This document shows positions 1 through 9,526 of a stretch of DNA of 64,000 nucleotides, one piece after another. Under the pieces are notes generated by a model. It was not told where the DNA came from. It worked only from the letters and a program-made list of their open reading frames with translations, and searched no databases. Origin of the DNA: Thermoanaerobaculia bacterium. Lineage in GTDB: Bacteria; Acidobacteriota; Thermoanaerobaculia; Multivoradales; UBA5704. Where the stretch lies: contig DASVAS010000072.1 in assembly GCA_036376245.1 (NCBI GenBank), forward strand, positions 12,959 to 76,958. Direction: 5' to 3'. Both the position numbers and the translations under genes were made by a program. Numbering within the stretch: position 1 is the first letter of the stretch; each line of letters begins with the position of its first letter.

Positions 1-1898
1 AGCATGGTGACCTGGGCGGTGGTGAGGCTCGTCTCGCCGAGGATCGCCACGTCGTAGCCCGCCAGGGTGGTGGCGGTGACGGAGCCGATCTCCCGGATGG
101 CGTAGTGGTTGAGCCCCTCGGCCAGCAGGATCTCGCCGACGTAGCGGGTGAACGGGTTGGCGTTGGCGCTGATCACCAGCACCGGTCCGCCCGGGCCGCT
201 GTCCTCCCCGAAGGTCGTGACCGCGACGTCGTCGAATTCGATGGGCTGGTTGGAGACGTCCAGGGCGACGGCGCCCGAGGTCAGGACGGTGTCGTTCACG
301 TCGATGACGGTCACGCCGTTGAAGGCCACGGCGACGCGGCTGCCGTCGAAGGTAACGGCGAGGGTGTGGAAGACGCCTGAAGGGATGGAGAGGCCGCTGG
401 CCTGGGCCAGGACGGCGAAACCGGGAGTGTCGATATGCCAGGCGGCGGAGCGGATGAGCTTGATCACACCGTCGGCGGGGTAGATCCAGGCGGCGTAGGA
501 CGCGCCGGTCGTGGTGTTCACCCGGCCGCGGATGCCGCCGGGATGGTTGCTGCCGTTGGCGAGGCGGAACTTCACGGTCAGCGTGTAGTCGGTCCAGGCG
601 CTGTCGCCGGCGTAGATCTGGGTGTGACCGCCGCCGTTGTAGGAGGCCGTGCCGGAAGCGCCGCTCCAGTTGGAGAAGAGGCCGAGTGGCGACGCCGTCC
701 AGCCGGCGAGTCCGCCGGCGAAATCGTCGGCGAAGAGCTGGGCGGCCGGGGGCGGCGCGGGCGGCTGCGTCACCGTGACGTCGTCGAAGTCGATCGGCTG
801 GTTGCTGACGTCCAGGCCGATGGCCCCGGAGGCGTAGGTCGCGTCGGACGTCTGGATCACGGCCGCGCCGTTGAAGAGGACGGTGATCTGGCTGCCCTGG
901 AACTTGATCGCCAGGGTGTGGAACGTGCCCGTGGCGATGGAGACGTTCGCTTCGGCCAGCACCGTCGTGGGCGCGGTGTCGATGTGCCAGACGGAGTGGC
1001 GCCAGAGCTTGATCTTCCCCTGGCCGGGATAGATCCAGGCCGCGTAGCTGCCGCCGGTCGCGGTATCCAGCCGGCCGCGGATGCCGCCGGGGTAGTCGTT
1101 GGGGTTGGTGACGCGCACCCTGGCCTCGACGGTGTAGTCCGTCCAGGCGGAGCTGCCGGCGTAGAGCTGGGTGTGGCCGCCGCCGTTGTAGGCCGCGACA
1201 CCCGCGGAGGCGTCCCAGTTGTTGGCGAGGCCCAGGGGCGAGGACGCCCAGTTGCGGAGCGGACGGGGGCTGAAGTCGTCGCTGAACAGGGTCGTGCTCC
1301 CGGCGGTCACGGCCACGTCGTCGAAGGCGATGGGCTGGTTGCTGACGTCCAGGGCCACGGCGCCGGCGGTCAGGGCCGTGTCCGTGGTCTGGATCACGGT
1401 CGCGCCGTTGTAGAGGACGGTGATCTGGCTGCCCTGGAAGTCCAGGGCGAGGGTGTGCTGGACGCCGGAGGGGATCGAGATCCCGTTCGCCTCGATCAGC
1501 AGCGTGGAGCCCTGGTCGATGTGCCAGGCGGCGGCGCGGTAGAGGCGGATGCGGCTGCTGCCGGGGTAGATCCAGGCGGCGTAAGAGGCGCCGGTCGCGG
1601 GATTCACCCGGCCGCGCAGGCCGCCGGGGTAGTCGCTGCCGTTGGCGACCTGGAGCTTCACCTCGACCTTGTAGTCGGTCCAGGCGGCGTTGCCGGCGTA
1701 GAGTTGGGTATGGCCGCCGCCGTTGTAGGATGCGGCGCCGGAGGAGCCGTCCCAGTTGGACGCCAGACCCAAGGGCGAGGAGGTCCAGCCGCCGAGGGGC
1801 TTGGGACCAAAGTCATCGTTGAAGAGGAGGGTCTGGGCGGAAGCCGCCGAGGCGAGAAAGAGCCCCAGCAGAGCCACCGTTCGGAGTCTCGCGATCAT
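1..1898 (-). CDS. secreted protein with three tandem ~190-aa concanavalin-A-like (DUF1080/LamG-type) modules plus a further domain; 3' end runs off the window start
   Basis: The minus-strand frame is open from the ATG at 1898-1896 to position 1 and is absent from the ORF track only because it has no in-window stop. The N-terminus MIARLRTVALLGLFLASAASA-QTLLFNDDF is a signal peptide. Three repeats share YNGGGHTQ(L/I)YAG..AWTDY, NGS.(Y/H)PGG(L/I)RGR, YAAWIYPG, AWHID, LDVSNQPI.FDDV.VT. The last in-window part (NPFTRYVGEILLAEGLNHYAI...AQVTML) looks like a different alpha/beta domain. The long + ORF 435..1958 is its antisense shadow. Confidence 0.6.
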   Translation of the reverse strand, partial: MIARLRTVALLGLFLASAASAQTLLFNDDFGPKPLGGWTSSPLGLASNWDGSSGAASYNGGGHTQLYAGNAAWTDYKVEVKLQVANGSDYPGGLRGRVNPATGASYAAWIYPGSSRIRLYRAAAWHIDQGSTLLIEANGISIPSGVQHTLALDFQGSQITVLYNGATVIQTTDTALTAGAVALDVSNQPIAFDDVAVTAGSTTLFSDDFSPRPLRNWASSPLGLANNWDASAGVAAYNGGGHTQLYAGSSAWTDYTVEARVRVTNPNDYPGGIRGRLDTATGGSYAAWIYPGQGKIKLWRHSVWHIDTAPTTVLAEANVSIATGTFHTLAIKFQGSQITVLFNGAAVIQTSDATYASGAIGLDVSNQPIDFDDVTVTQPPAPPPAAQLFADDFAGGLAGWTASPLGLFSNWSGASGTASYNGGGHTQIYAGDSAWTDYTLTVKFRLANGSNHPGGIRGRVNTTTGASYAAWIYPADGVIKLIRSAAWHIDTPGFAVLAQASGLSIPSGVFHTLAVTFDGSRVAVAFNGVTVIDVNDTVLTSGAVALDVSNQPIEFDDVAVTTFGEDSGPGGPVLVISANANPFTRYVGEILLAEGLNHYAIREIGSVTATTLAGYDVAILGETSLTTAQVTM

Positions 1899-2055
1899 GT
1901 TTGTCTCCTTATATGCGGCTCAACGTATAGCAGGGCAAGTATAAGTGGTCAAGCTTAAACTTCGGAGCTCGCCAAGCTGTCACAGTCGGGCAAAGAGCCG
2001 GCACCCTAGGAGAGTTGGCTTTTTTGTTTTTCTCTTTTAGGGGGGAGGTTTTTAG

Positions 2056-3492
2056 ATGTCAAAGAAGAATGTATCCGTCTATCTTCTGATTCTGCTGGTC
2101 TCTGTCGCCGCGATCTGGTTCCTCGTCGGCTACGGCTCGCAACTGACGCCGGCGGCGGCCCCGAGCGCCGCGTCCCAGGCGGCTTCCGCGCATCCCGAGG
2201 CTTCGGGTCTTCAGGCCGTGCTCGAGAACGTGCGGCACCCGGTCAGCATCCTGCTGCTGCAGGTCATTGCCATCGTCATCGCCGCCCGCTCTCTCGGAGC
2301 GCTCTTCCACAAGATCGGCCAGCCGCCGGTGATCGGTGAGATGGTCGCGGGCATCCTGCTCGGCCCCTCCCTGCTGGGGTGGGTGGCTCCCGCGGCGCAG
2401 ACGTTCCTCTTCCCGCAGGACTCGCTGGGGTCCTTGCGGATGCTCAGCCAGATCGGCGTCATCCTCTTCATGTTCGTGGTGGGCATCGAGCTCGACATCG
2501 ACCACCTGCGCAAGAAGGCGCACGCGGCGGTCATGGTGAGCCACGTCAGCATCGTGCTGCCGTTCACGCTGGGAGTGGCCGGCTCGCTGTTCCTGTACGA
2601 ACCGCTGGCCCCTGCCGGCGTGCCGTTCAGCGCCTTCGCCCTGTTCATGGGCGTCTCGATGAGCATCACGGCGTTTCCGGTGCTGGCGCGCATCATCGAG
2701 GAGCGGCGGATGTCCCGCAGCTATCTTGGTACGACGGCCATCGCCTGCGCGGCCGTGGACGACGTCACCGCGTGGTGCCTGCTGGCGGTGGTCGTCGCCC
2801 TGGCCAATGCGAGCAGCCTGACCGGCGCGATGTGGACCATCGGCCTCTCGGTGCTGTTCATCTGCGCGATGCTGTTCCTGGTGCGGCCGCGGCTCGCCCG
2901 CATCGGGCAGCGGAGCGAGGCCTGGTCGGGGAGCTCGGGTCTGCTCGCGGCTCTCTTCGCCTTCGTCTTCGCGTCGGCGCTGATCACGGAGGCGATCGGC
3001 ATCCACGCGCTGTTCGGCGCCTTCCTGGCCGGGGTGTGCATGCCTCCCGACGCCAAGCTGCGCCAGTTCCTCCGCGAGCGGGTGGAGACCTTCGCCTCGG
3101 TGTTCCTGCTGCCTCTCTTCTTCGCCTTCACGGGCCTGCGCACCGAGGTGGGCCTGCTGAACGACTGGTGGGGCTGGATGATGTGCCTGGCGATCATCGC
3201 CCTGGCGATCACCGGCAAGCTCGTCGGCAGCATGCTGGCCGCGCGCTGGACGGGGATGAGCTGGGGGGATTCGTTCTCACTGGGGGCCCTGATGAACACC
3301 CGCGGCCTGGTCGAGCTGATCGTGCTGAACATCGGCTTCGACCTGGGGATCCTGTCGCCGAAGATCTTCGCCATGCTGGTCCTGATGGCGCTCATCACGA
3401 CCTTCATGACCGGTCCGCTGCTCGCCCTGTCCAACTGGGTGCAGCGACGGAGGTCTCTAGAAGGCGTCGCCGCAGGCGCCGTGATTCAGTAG
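2056..3492 (+). CDS. cation:proton antiporter (CPA2, Kef/NhaP-like)
   Basis: Polytopic membrane protein of 478 aa with GEMVAGILLGPSLLGW and further glycine-rich TM helices typical of Na+(K+)/H+ antiporters; AGGT-rich RBS gggggaggtttttag lies before the ATG. Confidence 0.85.
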   Translation: MSKKNVSVYLLILLVSVAAIWFLVGYGSQLTPAAAPSAASQAASAHPEASGLQAVLENVRHPVSILLLQVIAIVIAARSLGALFHKIGQPPVIGEMVAGILLGPSLLGWVAPAAQTFLFPQDSLGSLRMLSQIGVILFMFVVGIELDIDHLRKKAHAAVMVSHVSIVLPFTLGVAGSLFLYEPLAPAGVPFSAFALFMGVSMSITAFPVLARIIEERRMSRSYLGTTAIACAAVDDVTAWCLLAVVVALANASSLTGAMWTIGLSVLFICAMLFLVRPRLARIGQRSEAWSGSSGLLAALFAFVFASALITEAIGIHALFGAFLAGVCMPPDAKLRQFLRERVETFASVFLLPLFFAFTGLRTEVGLLNDWWGWMMCLAIIALAITGKLVGSMLAARWTGMSWGDSFSLGALMNTRGLVELIVLNIGFDLGILSPKIFAMLVLMALITTFMTGPLLALSNWVQRRRSLEGVAAGAVIQ

Positions 3493-3528
3493 TCGGAATT
3501 CCTCCCGGGGTTTTGAGAGTCGCTCCAC

Positions 3529-3621
3529 GGACACCAAGGACACCAGGGACACCAGGGACAGCAACGACGTCAAGGTTGTTGTCCTTTGTTGTCCTTGCTG
3601 TCCCTGGTGTCCTTGGTGTCC
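3529..3621. repeat. nonamer-built palindromic hairpin element, copy 1
   Basis: GGACACCAA GGACACCAG GGACACCAG GGACAGCAA CGACGTCAA is followed by its near reverse complement (TTGTTGTCC TTTGTTGTCC TTGCTGTCC CTGGTGTCC TTGGTGTCC). The arms are tandem 9-bp units. It sits immediately 3' of the antiporter gene. Confidence 0.7.
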
Positions 3622-3705
3622 TTTACTCCTTACTCTGATCCCCTGGCGATCCAGTCTTCCTGGCCCCTGCGATAGACTGCGGCCTCCACTTTCAGGAGGC
3701 ATCGC

Positions 3706-4551
3706 ATGCGGAACCTCGTCCTCTTCGCCGCCGGCCTGTTCCTCGCGCTGGCGGCCACCGCCCAGGATCTCCCCATCCCCCGCGAGAGCCCGCCGGCCAC
3801 GGTGCGCCAGGGCATCGGCATCAGCTCGGTCGAGATCGTCTACCACCGGCCCGCGGTCAAGGGACGGAAGATCTGGGGCGGCCTGGTCCCCTACGGTGAG
3901 GTCTGGCGGCTGGGAGCCAACGACGCCACCACGATCGAGATCAGCGACGCGATGAAGATCGCGGGGCACGACGTCCCGGCCGGCAAGTACGGCTTCTTCG
4001 CCATCCCCGGACCGGAGACCTGGACGCTGATCCTCAACAAGCGGCCGCAGCAGTGGGGGGCCTACTTCTACAAGGCCGAGGAGGACTTCCTGCGCTTCGA
4101 GGTCAAGCCCGAGGCCGGCCCGCCCACGGAGTGGATGACCTTCGACCTCTATCCCGAGGACCGCAACCGGCTCAGGCTCGGGTTCGCGTGGGAGAAGCTG
4201 CGCTTCTCGATCCCCATCGAGGCGGACGTGGACAGGATCGTCTGGGCCCGCTACGACGCCGCCCTCGCCGATCCCAAGGCGGGCTGGGACGCCTATCAGG
4301 CCGTCGCCCAGTACGCCCTCCAGCGCGAGCAGCGGCTGGACGAGGCCATGGTCTGGATCGACAAGTCCATCGCTCTCCAGGAGAGCTTCTGGAACTACGA
4401 GACCAAGGCGCGGCTCCTGCACAAGGCGGGGAAGACGAAGGAGGCCCTGCCGCTGCTGGAGAAGGCCCTGGCCCTCTCCCGCGGCAAGACGCCCAAGGGA
4501 TACCAGGACGGGCTGGAGGCTACGAAGAAGGAGTGGGAAGGAGGCAGGTAG
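3706..4551 (+). CDS. DUF2911 domain-containing secreted protein with C-terminal helical (TPR-like) tail
   Basis: Signal peptide MRNLVLFAAGLFLALAATAQD, GANDATTIE motif region, RBS caggagg 7 nt before the ATG, 281 aa. Confidence 0.65.
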   Translation: MRNLVLFAAGLFLALAATAQDLPIPRESPPATVRQGIGISSVEIVYHRPAVKGRKIWGGLVPYGEVWRLGANDATTIEISDAMKIAGHDVPAGKYGFFAIPGPETWTLILNKRPQQWGAYFYKAEEDFLRFEVKPEAGPPTEWMTFDLYPEDRNRLRLGFAWEKLRFSIPIEADVDRIVWARYDAALADPKAGWDAYQAVAQYALQREQRLDEAMVWIDKSIALQESFWNYETKARLLHKAGKTKEALPLLEKALALSRGKTPKGYQDGLEATKKEWEGGR

Positions 4552-4728
4552 CCGCAGCGCGGCAGAGCCGTCTCCGGTGGGCGCTTCAGAAGTAGTGCTA
4601 CTCTGGTACGGCTCCTGCTTCTTTTCCCTTTTGAGGCTGGCATGCCAGGCTCGACCCTGCTATCATTGTCGCAGTGCGGCATAGCCGGCGCCGGCGGGCC
4701 GCGCTCCTACTGCCCAAAGGGGAGAGAC

Positions 4729-6651
4729 ATGGCGAAGGAACCTGAACACGTCAGCGAATTGGAATCCAGGAAGGTCGCGGAGGCTTCGCGGGAAACCGAG
4801 TGGAAGCAGCCCAGCTTCCTGCGTGAGATGTTCCTCGGCAATTTCCGGCTGGACCTGGTCCATCCGTATCCGCTGCCGGCGGAGGAGCGGCCGGAATTCG
4901 CCGCTTTTTACAATGCCTTGAAGGAATTCCTGCGGGATCAGGTCGACCCGGTGGAGATCGACGCCACGGGCGAATACCCGGAGCATGTCGTGGACGGCCT
5001 GCGCAAGCTGGGCGCCTTCGGCATGAAGATCCCGAAGAAATACGGCGGCATGGGCTTCACCAACATGGAGTACCAGAAGGTCATGATGCTGATGGGCTCC
5101 ATCGACGGCAACCTGTCGGCCCTGCTGTCCGCCCACCAGTCGATCGGCGTCCCGCAGCCGCTCAAGATCTTCGGCTCCGACGCTCTCAAGAAGAAGTACC
5201 TGCCGCGCTGCGCCGCGGGTGAGATCTCGGCCTTCGCGCTCACCGAGACGCAGGTCGGCTCCGACCCCGCGCGCCTGCTGACCCGGGCCGAGAAGACCCC
5301 CGAGGGGGACTACGTCATCAACGGCGAGAAGCTCTGGTGCACCAACGGCACCATCGCCAAGCTGCTGGTGGTGATGGCGAGCGATCCCAAGACGAAGAAG
5401 ATCAGCGCTTTCGTGGTGGAGACGAGCTGGCCGGGCGTCAAGGTCGAGCACCGCTGCCACTTCATGGGCCTACGGGCGCTGGCCAACGCCGTGATCAGCT
5501 TCAAGAACGTGCGGGTGCCGGCCGAGAACCTGATCGGCGAGGAGGGCAAGGGCCTGAAGATCGCCCTCACCACCCTCAACGACGGCCGCCTGTCGATCCC
5601 CAACGGCTCGGTGGGCACGGCCAAGCTCTGCCTGGAGATCTGCCGCAAGTGGGCCGCCGAGCGCGTGCAGTGGGGCCGGCCGGTGGGCAAGCACGAGGCG
5701 ATCGCCCACAAGATCGCCGACATGGCCGCCACCACCTTCGCGATGGAGTCCATCGCCACCCTGGCGACCGAGATGACCGACCGCGGCGGCTACGACATCC
5801 GCCTGGAGGCCGCGGCCTGCAAGGAGTGGAACTCCTACCGCACCTGGGAGATCGTGGACAACACCATGCAGATCCGCGGCGGCCGCGGCTACGAGACCGA
5901 GCTTTCGCTGAAGGCCCGGGGCGAGGAGCCGATCGGCGTCGAGCGGATGATGCGCGACTACCGCATCAACAAGATCTTCGAGGGCTCGTCCGAGATCATG
6001 CACCTGTTCATGGCCCGCGAAGCCGTGGACAAGCACCTGCAGGTCGCGGGCGCGATGATCGATCCCGAGAAGAGCGTGGCCGAGAAGCTGGGCGAGCTGC
6101 CGAAGATGACCGCCTTCTACGCCTCCTGGTATCCGACCCGGTGGCTGGGCTGGGGCCAGTGGCCGCGCTACCAGGAGTTCGGCGAGCTGGCGGGGCACCT
6201 CAGGTTCGCGGAGCGGAACACCCGGCGCCTGTCGCGCCAGATCTTCCACGGCATGATCGTCCATCAGGCCAAGCTCCAGAACAAGCAGGCGTTCCTCTTC
6301 CGCCTGGTGGACATCGCCAACGAGCTGTTCGCCATCACGGCGTCGGTCGCGCGGGCGCACGCCATGCGGGAGGCCGGCCATCCCGACGCGGCCAACGCCG
6401 TCGAGCTGGCGGACCTCTTCTGCCGCAGCTCCCGCCGCCTGGTCCTCCGCCTCTTCCACGACCTGTGGGCCAACGACGACGTGCGGAAGTACAAGGTGGC
6501 CCTGCGGGTGCTGGACGGCAAGCACGCCTGGATCGAGAGCGGCATTCTCAATCTGGGCGCCCGCGCCGAGGCCCTGAAGCCGCAGTCGGTGGAGCCCGCG
6601 AAGCCCGATCCGGTGCCGGTCCCGAAGGTCCGCCCGGTCGGCACGCACTAA
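4729..6651 (+). CDS. acyl-CoA dehydrogenase family protein (long, ACAD9/10/11-like form)
   Basis: MAKEPEH start after RBS aaaggggagag; conserved ACAD blocks (FALTE..GSD, GEK.W.TNG, RGGRGYE, IFEGSSEI); the track's upstream Met at 4642 has no RBS. Confidence 0.8.
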   Translation: MAKEPEHVSELESRKVAEASRETEWKQPSFLREMFLGNFRLDLVHPYPLPAEERPEFAAFYNALKEFLRDQVDPVEIDATGEYPEHVVDGLRKLGAFGMKIPKKYGGMGFTNMEYQKVMMLMGSIDGNLSALLSAHQSIGVPQPLKIFGSDALKKKYLPRCAAGEISAFALTETQVGSDPARLLTRAEKTPEGDYVINGEKLWCTNGTIAKLLVVMASDPKTKKISAFVVETSWPGVKVEHRCHFMGLRALANAVISFKNVRVPAENLIGEEGKGLKIALTTLNDGRLSIPNGSVGTAKLCLEICRKWAAERVQWGRPVGKHEAIAHKIADMAATTFAMESIATLATEMTDRGGYDIRLEAAACKEWNSYRTWEIVDNTMQIRGGRGYETELSLKARGEEPIGVERMMRDYRINKIFEGSSEIMHLFMAREAVDKHLQVAGAMIDPEKSVAEKLGELPKMTAFYASWYPTRWLGWGQWPRYQEFGELAGHLRFAERNTRRLSRQIFHGMIVHQAKLQNKQAFLFRLVDIANELFAITASVARAHAMREAGHPDAANAVELADLFCRSSRRLVLRLFHDLWANDDVRKYKVALRVLDGKHAWIESGILNLGARAEALKPQSVEPAKPDPVPVPKVRPVGTH

Positions 6652-6652
6652 A

Positions 6653-6702
6653 GCCCCTCTCCCCTGGGAGAGGGGTTGGGGTGAGGTCTTCCTGGGGTAG
6701 GA
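6653..6702 (+). terminator. GC-rich palindrome (short derivative of the MITE-like family) 3' of the ACAD gene
   Basis: CCCCTCTCCCCTGGGAGAGGGG perfect stem followed by GGGGTGAGGTCTTCCTGGGG, which matches the right end of the ~190-bp elements at 16645, 38197, 59003 and 60843. Confidence 0.4.
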
Positions 6703-6709
6703 TCGCGCG

Positions 6710-7684
6710 GTGCGCGCGGTCCTGCCCCCTGCCGATTCCAACCATCCCGTCCCCAGAGTAGGGATCGTCCCCGACCCGGTTCCCGCGGTCGGGGAGGTCC
6801 TCGTCGCCGTGGAGGCCGCCGGCATCAACCACGCCGACGTGCTCCAGCTCCGCGGCCAGTACCCACCCCCGGCGGGCGAGAGCGACATCCCCGGCCTCGA
6901 ATGCTCCGGCGTAGTGCTGGAGTCGGAGAAGGGGAGCCCGTGGCAGCCTGGCGCGCGGGTGATGGCCTTGACCGGCGGCGGCGCCCACGCCACCCGCGCC
7001 GCCATCCCTATGGGGCAGCTCATGCCCCTGCCCGACAACCTCTCCTTCATCGAAGGCGCGGCCATCCCCGAGGCCGCCCTGACCGCCTGGACCAACCTGG
7101 TGGCCGAGGGCGGGCTGCAAGCCGGCGAGACGGTGTTGATCACAGGCGCCACCGGCGGCATGGGGAGCTTCGCCGCGCAGCTCGCCCGGGAGCTGGGCGC
7201 CCGCGTCCTCGCCGCGGGCCGGAGCTGGGAGCGGCTGGAGATGCTGCGCGGGCTGGGGATCGAGGAGGTCTGCCTGGAGGGGGCGAACCTGGCGCGTCAG
7301 GTGCGCGAGGCCACGGGCGGCCGCGGCGTGGACCTGGTCGTCGACTTCACGGCCGGTCCCGGGCTGGACGGCCATCTGGCGGCCCTGGCGGAGCGCGGCC
7401 GGCTGGTGGTGGTGGGCCTGGTGGCGGGCCGCAAGGCCGAGGTGGACCTCGGGCTGGTGATGCGGCGGCGCCTGCGGGTGATCGGCTCGGTGCTGCGGGC
7501 CCGTCCCCGCGAGGAGAAGGCGCGGCTGGTGGCGGACTTCGCCGCCTTCGCCCTGCCGCGCCTGCGCGAAGGCCGCCTCCGCCCGGTGGTGGACCGCGTC
7601 CTCCCCCTGGAACGGGCCGCCGAAGCCTACAAGGCCCTGGAGCGGGGCGGCGCCTTCGGCAAGATCATCCTATCGGCCGTTTGA
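6710..7684 (+). CDS. NADPH:quinone oxidoreductase (zinc-type MDR family)
   Basis: GTG start; GATGGMGSFAAQLA nucleotide-binding motif; 324 aa; its last 15 nt overlap the convergent VWA gene. Confidence 0.8.
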   Translation: MRAVLPPADSNHPVPRVGIVPDPVPAVGEVLVAVEAAGINHADVLQLRGQYPPPAGESDIPGLECSGVVLESEKGSPWQPGARVMALTGGGAHATRAAIPMGQLMPLPDNLSFIEGAAIPEAALTAWTNLVAEGGLQAGETVLITGATGGMGSFAAQLARELGARVLAAGRSWERLEMLRGLGIEEVCLEGANLARQVREATGGRGVDLVVDFTAGPGLDGHLAALAERGRLVVVGLVAGRKAEVDLGLVMRRRLRVIGSVLRARPREEKARLVADFAAFALPRLREGRLRPVVDRVLPLERAAEAYKALERGGAFGKIILSAV

Positions 7685-9526
7685 CTTCACCACGACCTGG
7701 CCCGCAGTCTCGCCGACCGTCACGTCGCGGCTGAGGTAGGAGGTGTACGCGGAGACCTGGTCGTGCACGGCCACGGCCACCCGCTGCCCGCCCGGGGGCA
7801 TCTTGAGGGTCAGCGTGTACAGGTAGTGCTGCCCCATGGCGTTCAGCACCTCCTTGCGGGGGATGTTCAGGGGCACCTCGACCTGGCGCACGGGAGAGTT
7901 GGCGCCCTTGGCGTCCTGGGTCACCACCAGCAGCCGGAGCTTGCCCTGATAGGTCCCCTCCCGGTTGAGGAGGGCCAGCTTGAAGATGGGGATCTTGAGC
8001 TGCACGGGCACGGCGAACTTGCCGTCCTCGCCCGGGATCTGGTCGCCGATGTTGACGGCGACTTCCAGGGGATTGTCATCCAGCCCGTGGAGGAGCGACG
8101 CCAGGGTGCGGTCGACCATCCTCTCCATGAGCGGCTTGTCGCGGTAGCTGTGGCGGTAGCGCACCCGCAGGCCCGGCCGCTTGACCTTGACCGCGAGCCG
8201 GTGCTGCTTGCCCTGCCCCAACCGGGACGGGTTGTAGCCGAGCGAGTAGTAGTTGGAGAAGTCCTCCTGCATGCGGGCCAACTCGGGCAGGAAGTCGTTG
8301 ACGTCCAGGATGGCGCGGCCCCCGGTGTCGGCGGCCATGGCGGTCAGCGAGCCCTGGTGGTTGGCGGTCTCCGCCTGCCGGACGGTCATGAGCTGGAGGA
8401 TCCTCTCGGCGCCGAGCCCGCCGTCGCCCGCGGAGCCGTGGGCGGTCAGGCCGCTGGCCTGGAGGGTGTAGAACGTCACGCGGTGCGCGTTGGCATGGGC
8501 GGCGAGCTCCGCGAACTGGCTGACGAGGCTGTAGCTCTGAGCGTCCAGGAGGGCCTGGGAGGCCGAGTATCCGCCGCCGGTCGCGGTCTCGGAAACCCCG
8601 GCTCCGCTGCTGCTGCCGCCGCTGTCTCCGTCGCCCGGCAGATTGGCCGCGCCGATCTTTTCGGACAGATAGCCGACGGCAATCCCGGCCCGCTCCGCGC
8701 CGCCGCTGCAAAGCTCGAAGAGCGCCTGGAAGAGCTCCTCGCCAGGGGTCACCGGCACGCCGTCGCTGACGTAGAGCACCGCCTTGCGGCCCGGAACTCC
8801 GGAGAGGGAATTGACCATCAGGGTCAGCGCCCCGACCGTCTGCAGGGATTCGTTCCGCATCTGCTGCGCGTAGGCTTCGATGGGATCGACGATGTCGCTG
8901 TCGCAGCCTTCGAGCCCATACAGGGTGAGCATGGTCCGCATCGCCTCGTTGCGGGAGGTGGCCGCCTGGACGCCGAAGGCGGGAAGCCCCTCGATCTCCT
9001 TCAACGCCGAGTCGAGGGCGGCCGGGTCGTCGGTGAAGGCCTGGCGCGTCCGCAGCCCGAGGTCGTGGCTCACCAGCATCACCCGGTCGCCGGCGCGGAC
9101 GTTCGCGGCGAGGAACTTGCGGATCTGCTCCAGGGCCCGCGTGCGGTTGTCCGGGCGGAGGTGGAGGTTGTCCACGAAGACCACCAGGGAGAGGCCGGCC
9201 TCCGGGCTGGCCGGCGGCGGCACGGTCCTCTCCGGGACGGCCGGAGCGGCGGGGACCCCGGGGGCGGCGGCGACGGCGGGCGCGGATCTTCCCTGGACCG
9301 CCTCGAAGTTGGAGATCTGCACCGGCTTGCCGTCCTCCAGGACGACGAAGTCCTCCTTCTTCAGGCCGGTCACCCGGTTGCCGTCCTTGTCGGTGACGTA
9401 GACGTCGACGTTGACGACGGTGACCTCCACGACTTCGCCGAAGCTGGGCTCGGTGGAGGTCTGCGCGCCGAGGGGAGAGCCGCAGAGCGTGGCGAGCAGG
9501 GCGGCGGCGAGGATGGGGGATCTCAT
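7670..9526 (-). CDS. VWA domain protein, Acidobacteria-type VWFA family (paralogue 3 of 3)
   Basis: Signal peptide, FGEVVEVTVVNVDVYVTDKDGNRVTGLKKEDF N-terminal domain, VWA core (LSLVVFVDNLHL..RVMLVS), C-terminal GGRAILDVNDF ... YRHSYRDKP block; 618 aa. Confidence 0.8.
   Translation of the reverse strand: MRSPILAAALLATLCGSPLGAQTSTEPSFGEVVEVTVVNVDVYVTDKDGNRVTGLKKEDFVVLEDGKPVQISNFEAVQGRSAPAVAAAPGVPAAPAVPERTVPPPASPEAGLSLVVFVDNLHLRPDNRTRALEQIRKFLAANVRAGDRVMLVSHDLGLRTRQAFTDDPAALDSALKEIEGLPAFGVQAATSRNEAMRTMLTLYGLEGCDSDIVDPIEAYAQQMRNESLQTVGALTLMVNSLSGVPGRKAVLYVSDGVPVTPGEELFQALFELCSGGAERAGIAVGYLSEKIGAANLPGDGDSGGSSSGAGVSETATGGGYSASQALLDAQSYSLVSQFAELAAHANAHRVTFYTLQASGLTAHGSAGDGGLGAERILQLMTVRQAETANHQGSLTAMAADTGGRAILDVNDFLPELARMQEDFSNYYSLGYNPSRLGQGKQHRLAVKVKRPGLRVRYRHSYRDKPLMERMVDRTLASLLHGLDDNPLEVAVNIGDQIPGEDGKFAVPVQLKIPIFKLALLNREGTYQGKLRLLVVTQDAKGANSPVRQVEVPLNIPRKEVLNAMGQHYLYTLTLKMPPGGQRVAVAVHDQVSAYTSYLSRDVTVGETAGQVVVKSNGR

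Noticed and set aside
435-1958. 507-aa + strand ORF (also 105..380, 148..483, 649..837, 1219..1413, 1756..1944)
   Set aside because: Antisense or off-frame shadows of the minus-strand secreted repeat-protein gene (1..1898). They are Gly/Arg/Ala/Val-rich with no RBS and no motifs.
2059-3638. ORFs 2059..3006(-), 2211..2696(-), 2379..3638(+), 2721..3434(-), 3457..4422(-), 4053..4595(+)
   Set aside because: Arg/Gly/Asp-rich high-GC shadows overlapping the well-supported antiporter and DUF2911 genes.
4663-7375. ORFs 4663..5460(-), 5310..5759(-), 5337..6761(+), 5470..7161(-), 6548..7375(-), 6901..7734(+)
   Set aside because: These overlap the acyl-CoA dehydrogenase and quinone oxidoreductase genes in other frames, have low-complexity RG/PG-rich translations, and carry no family motifs.
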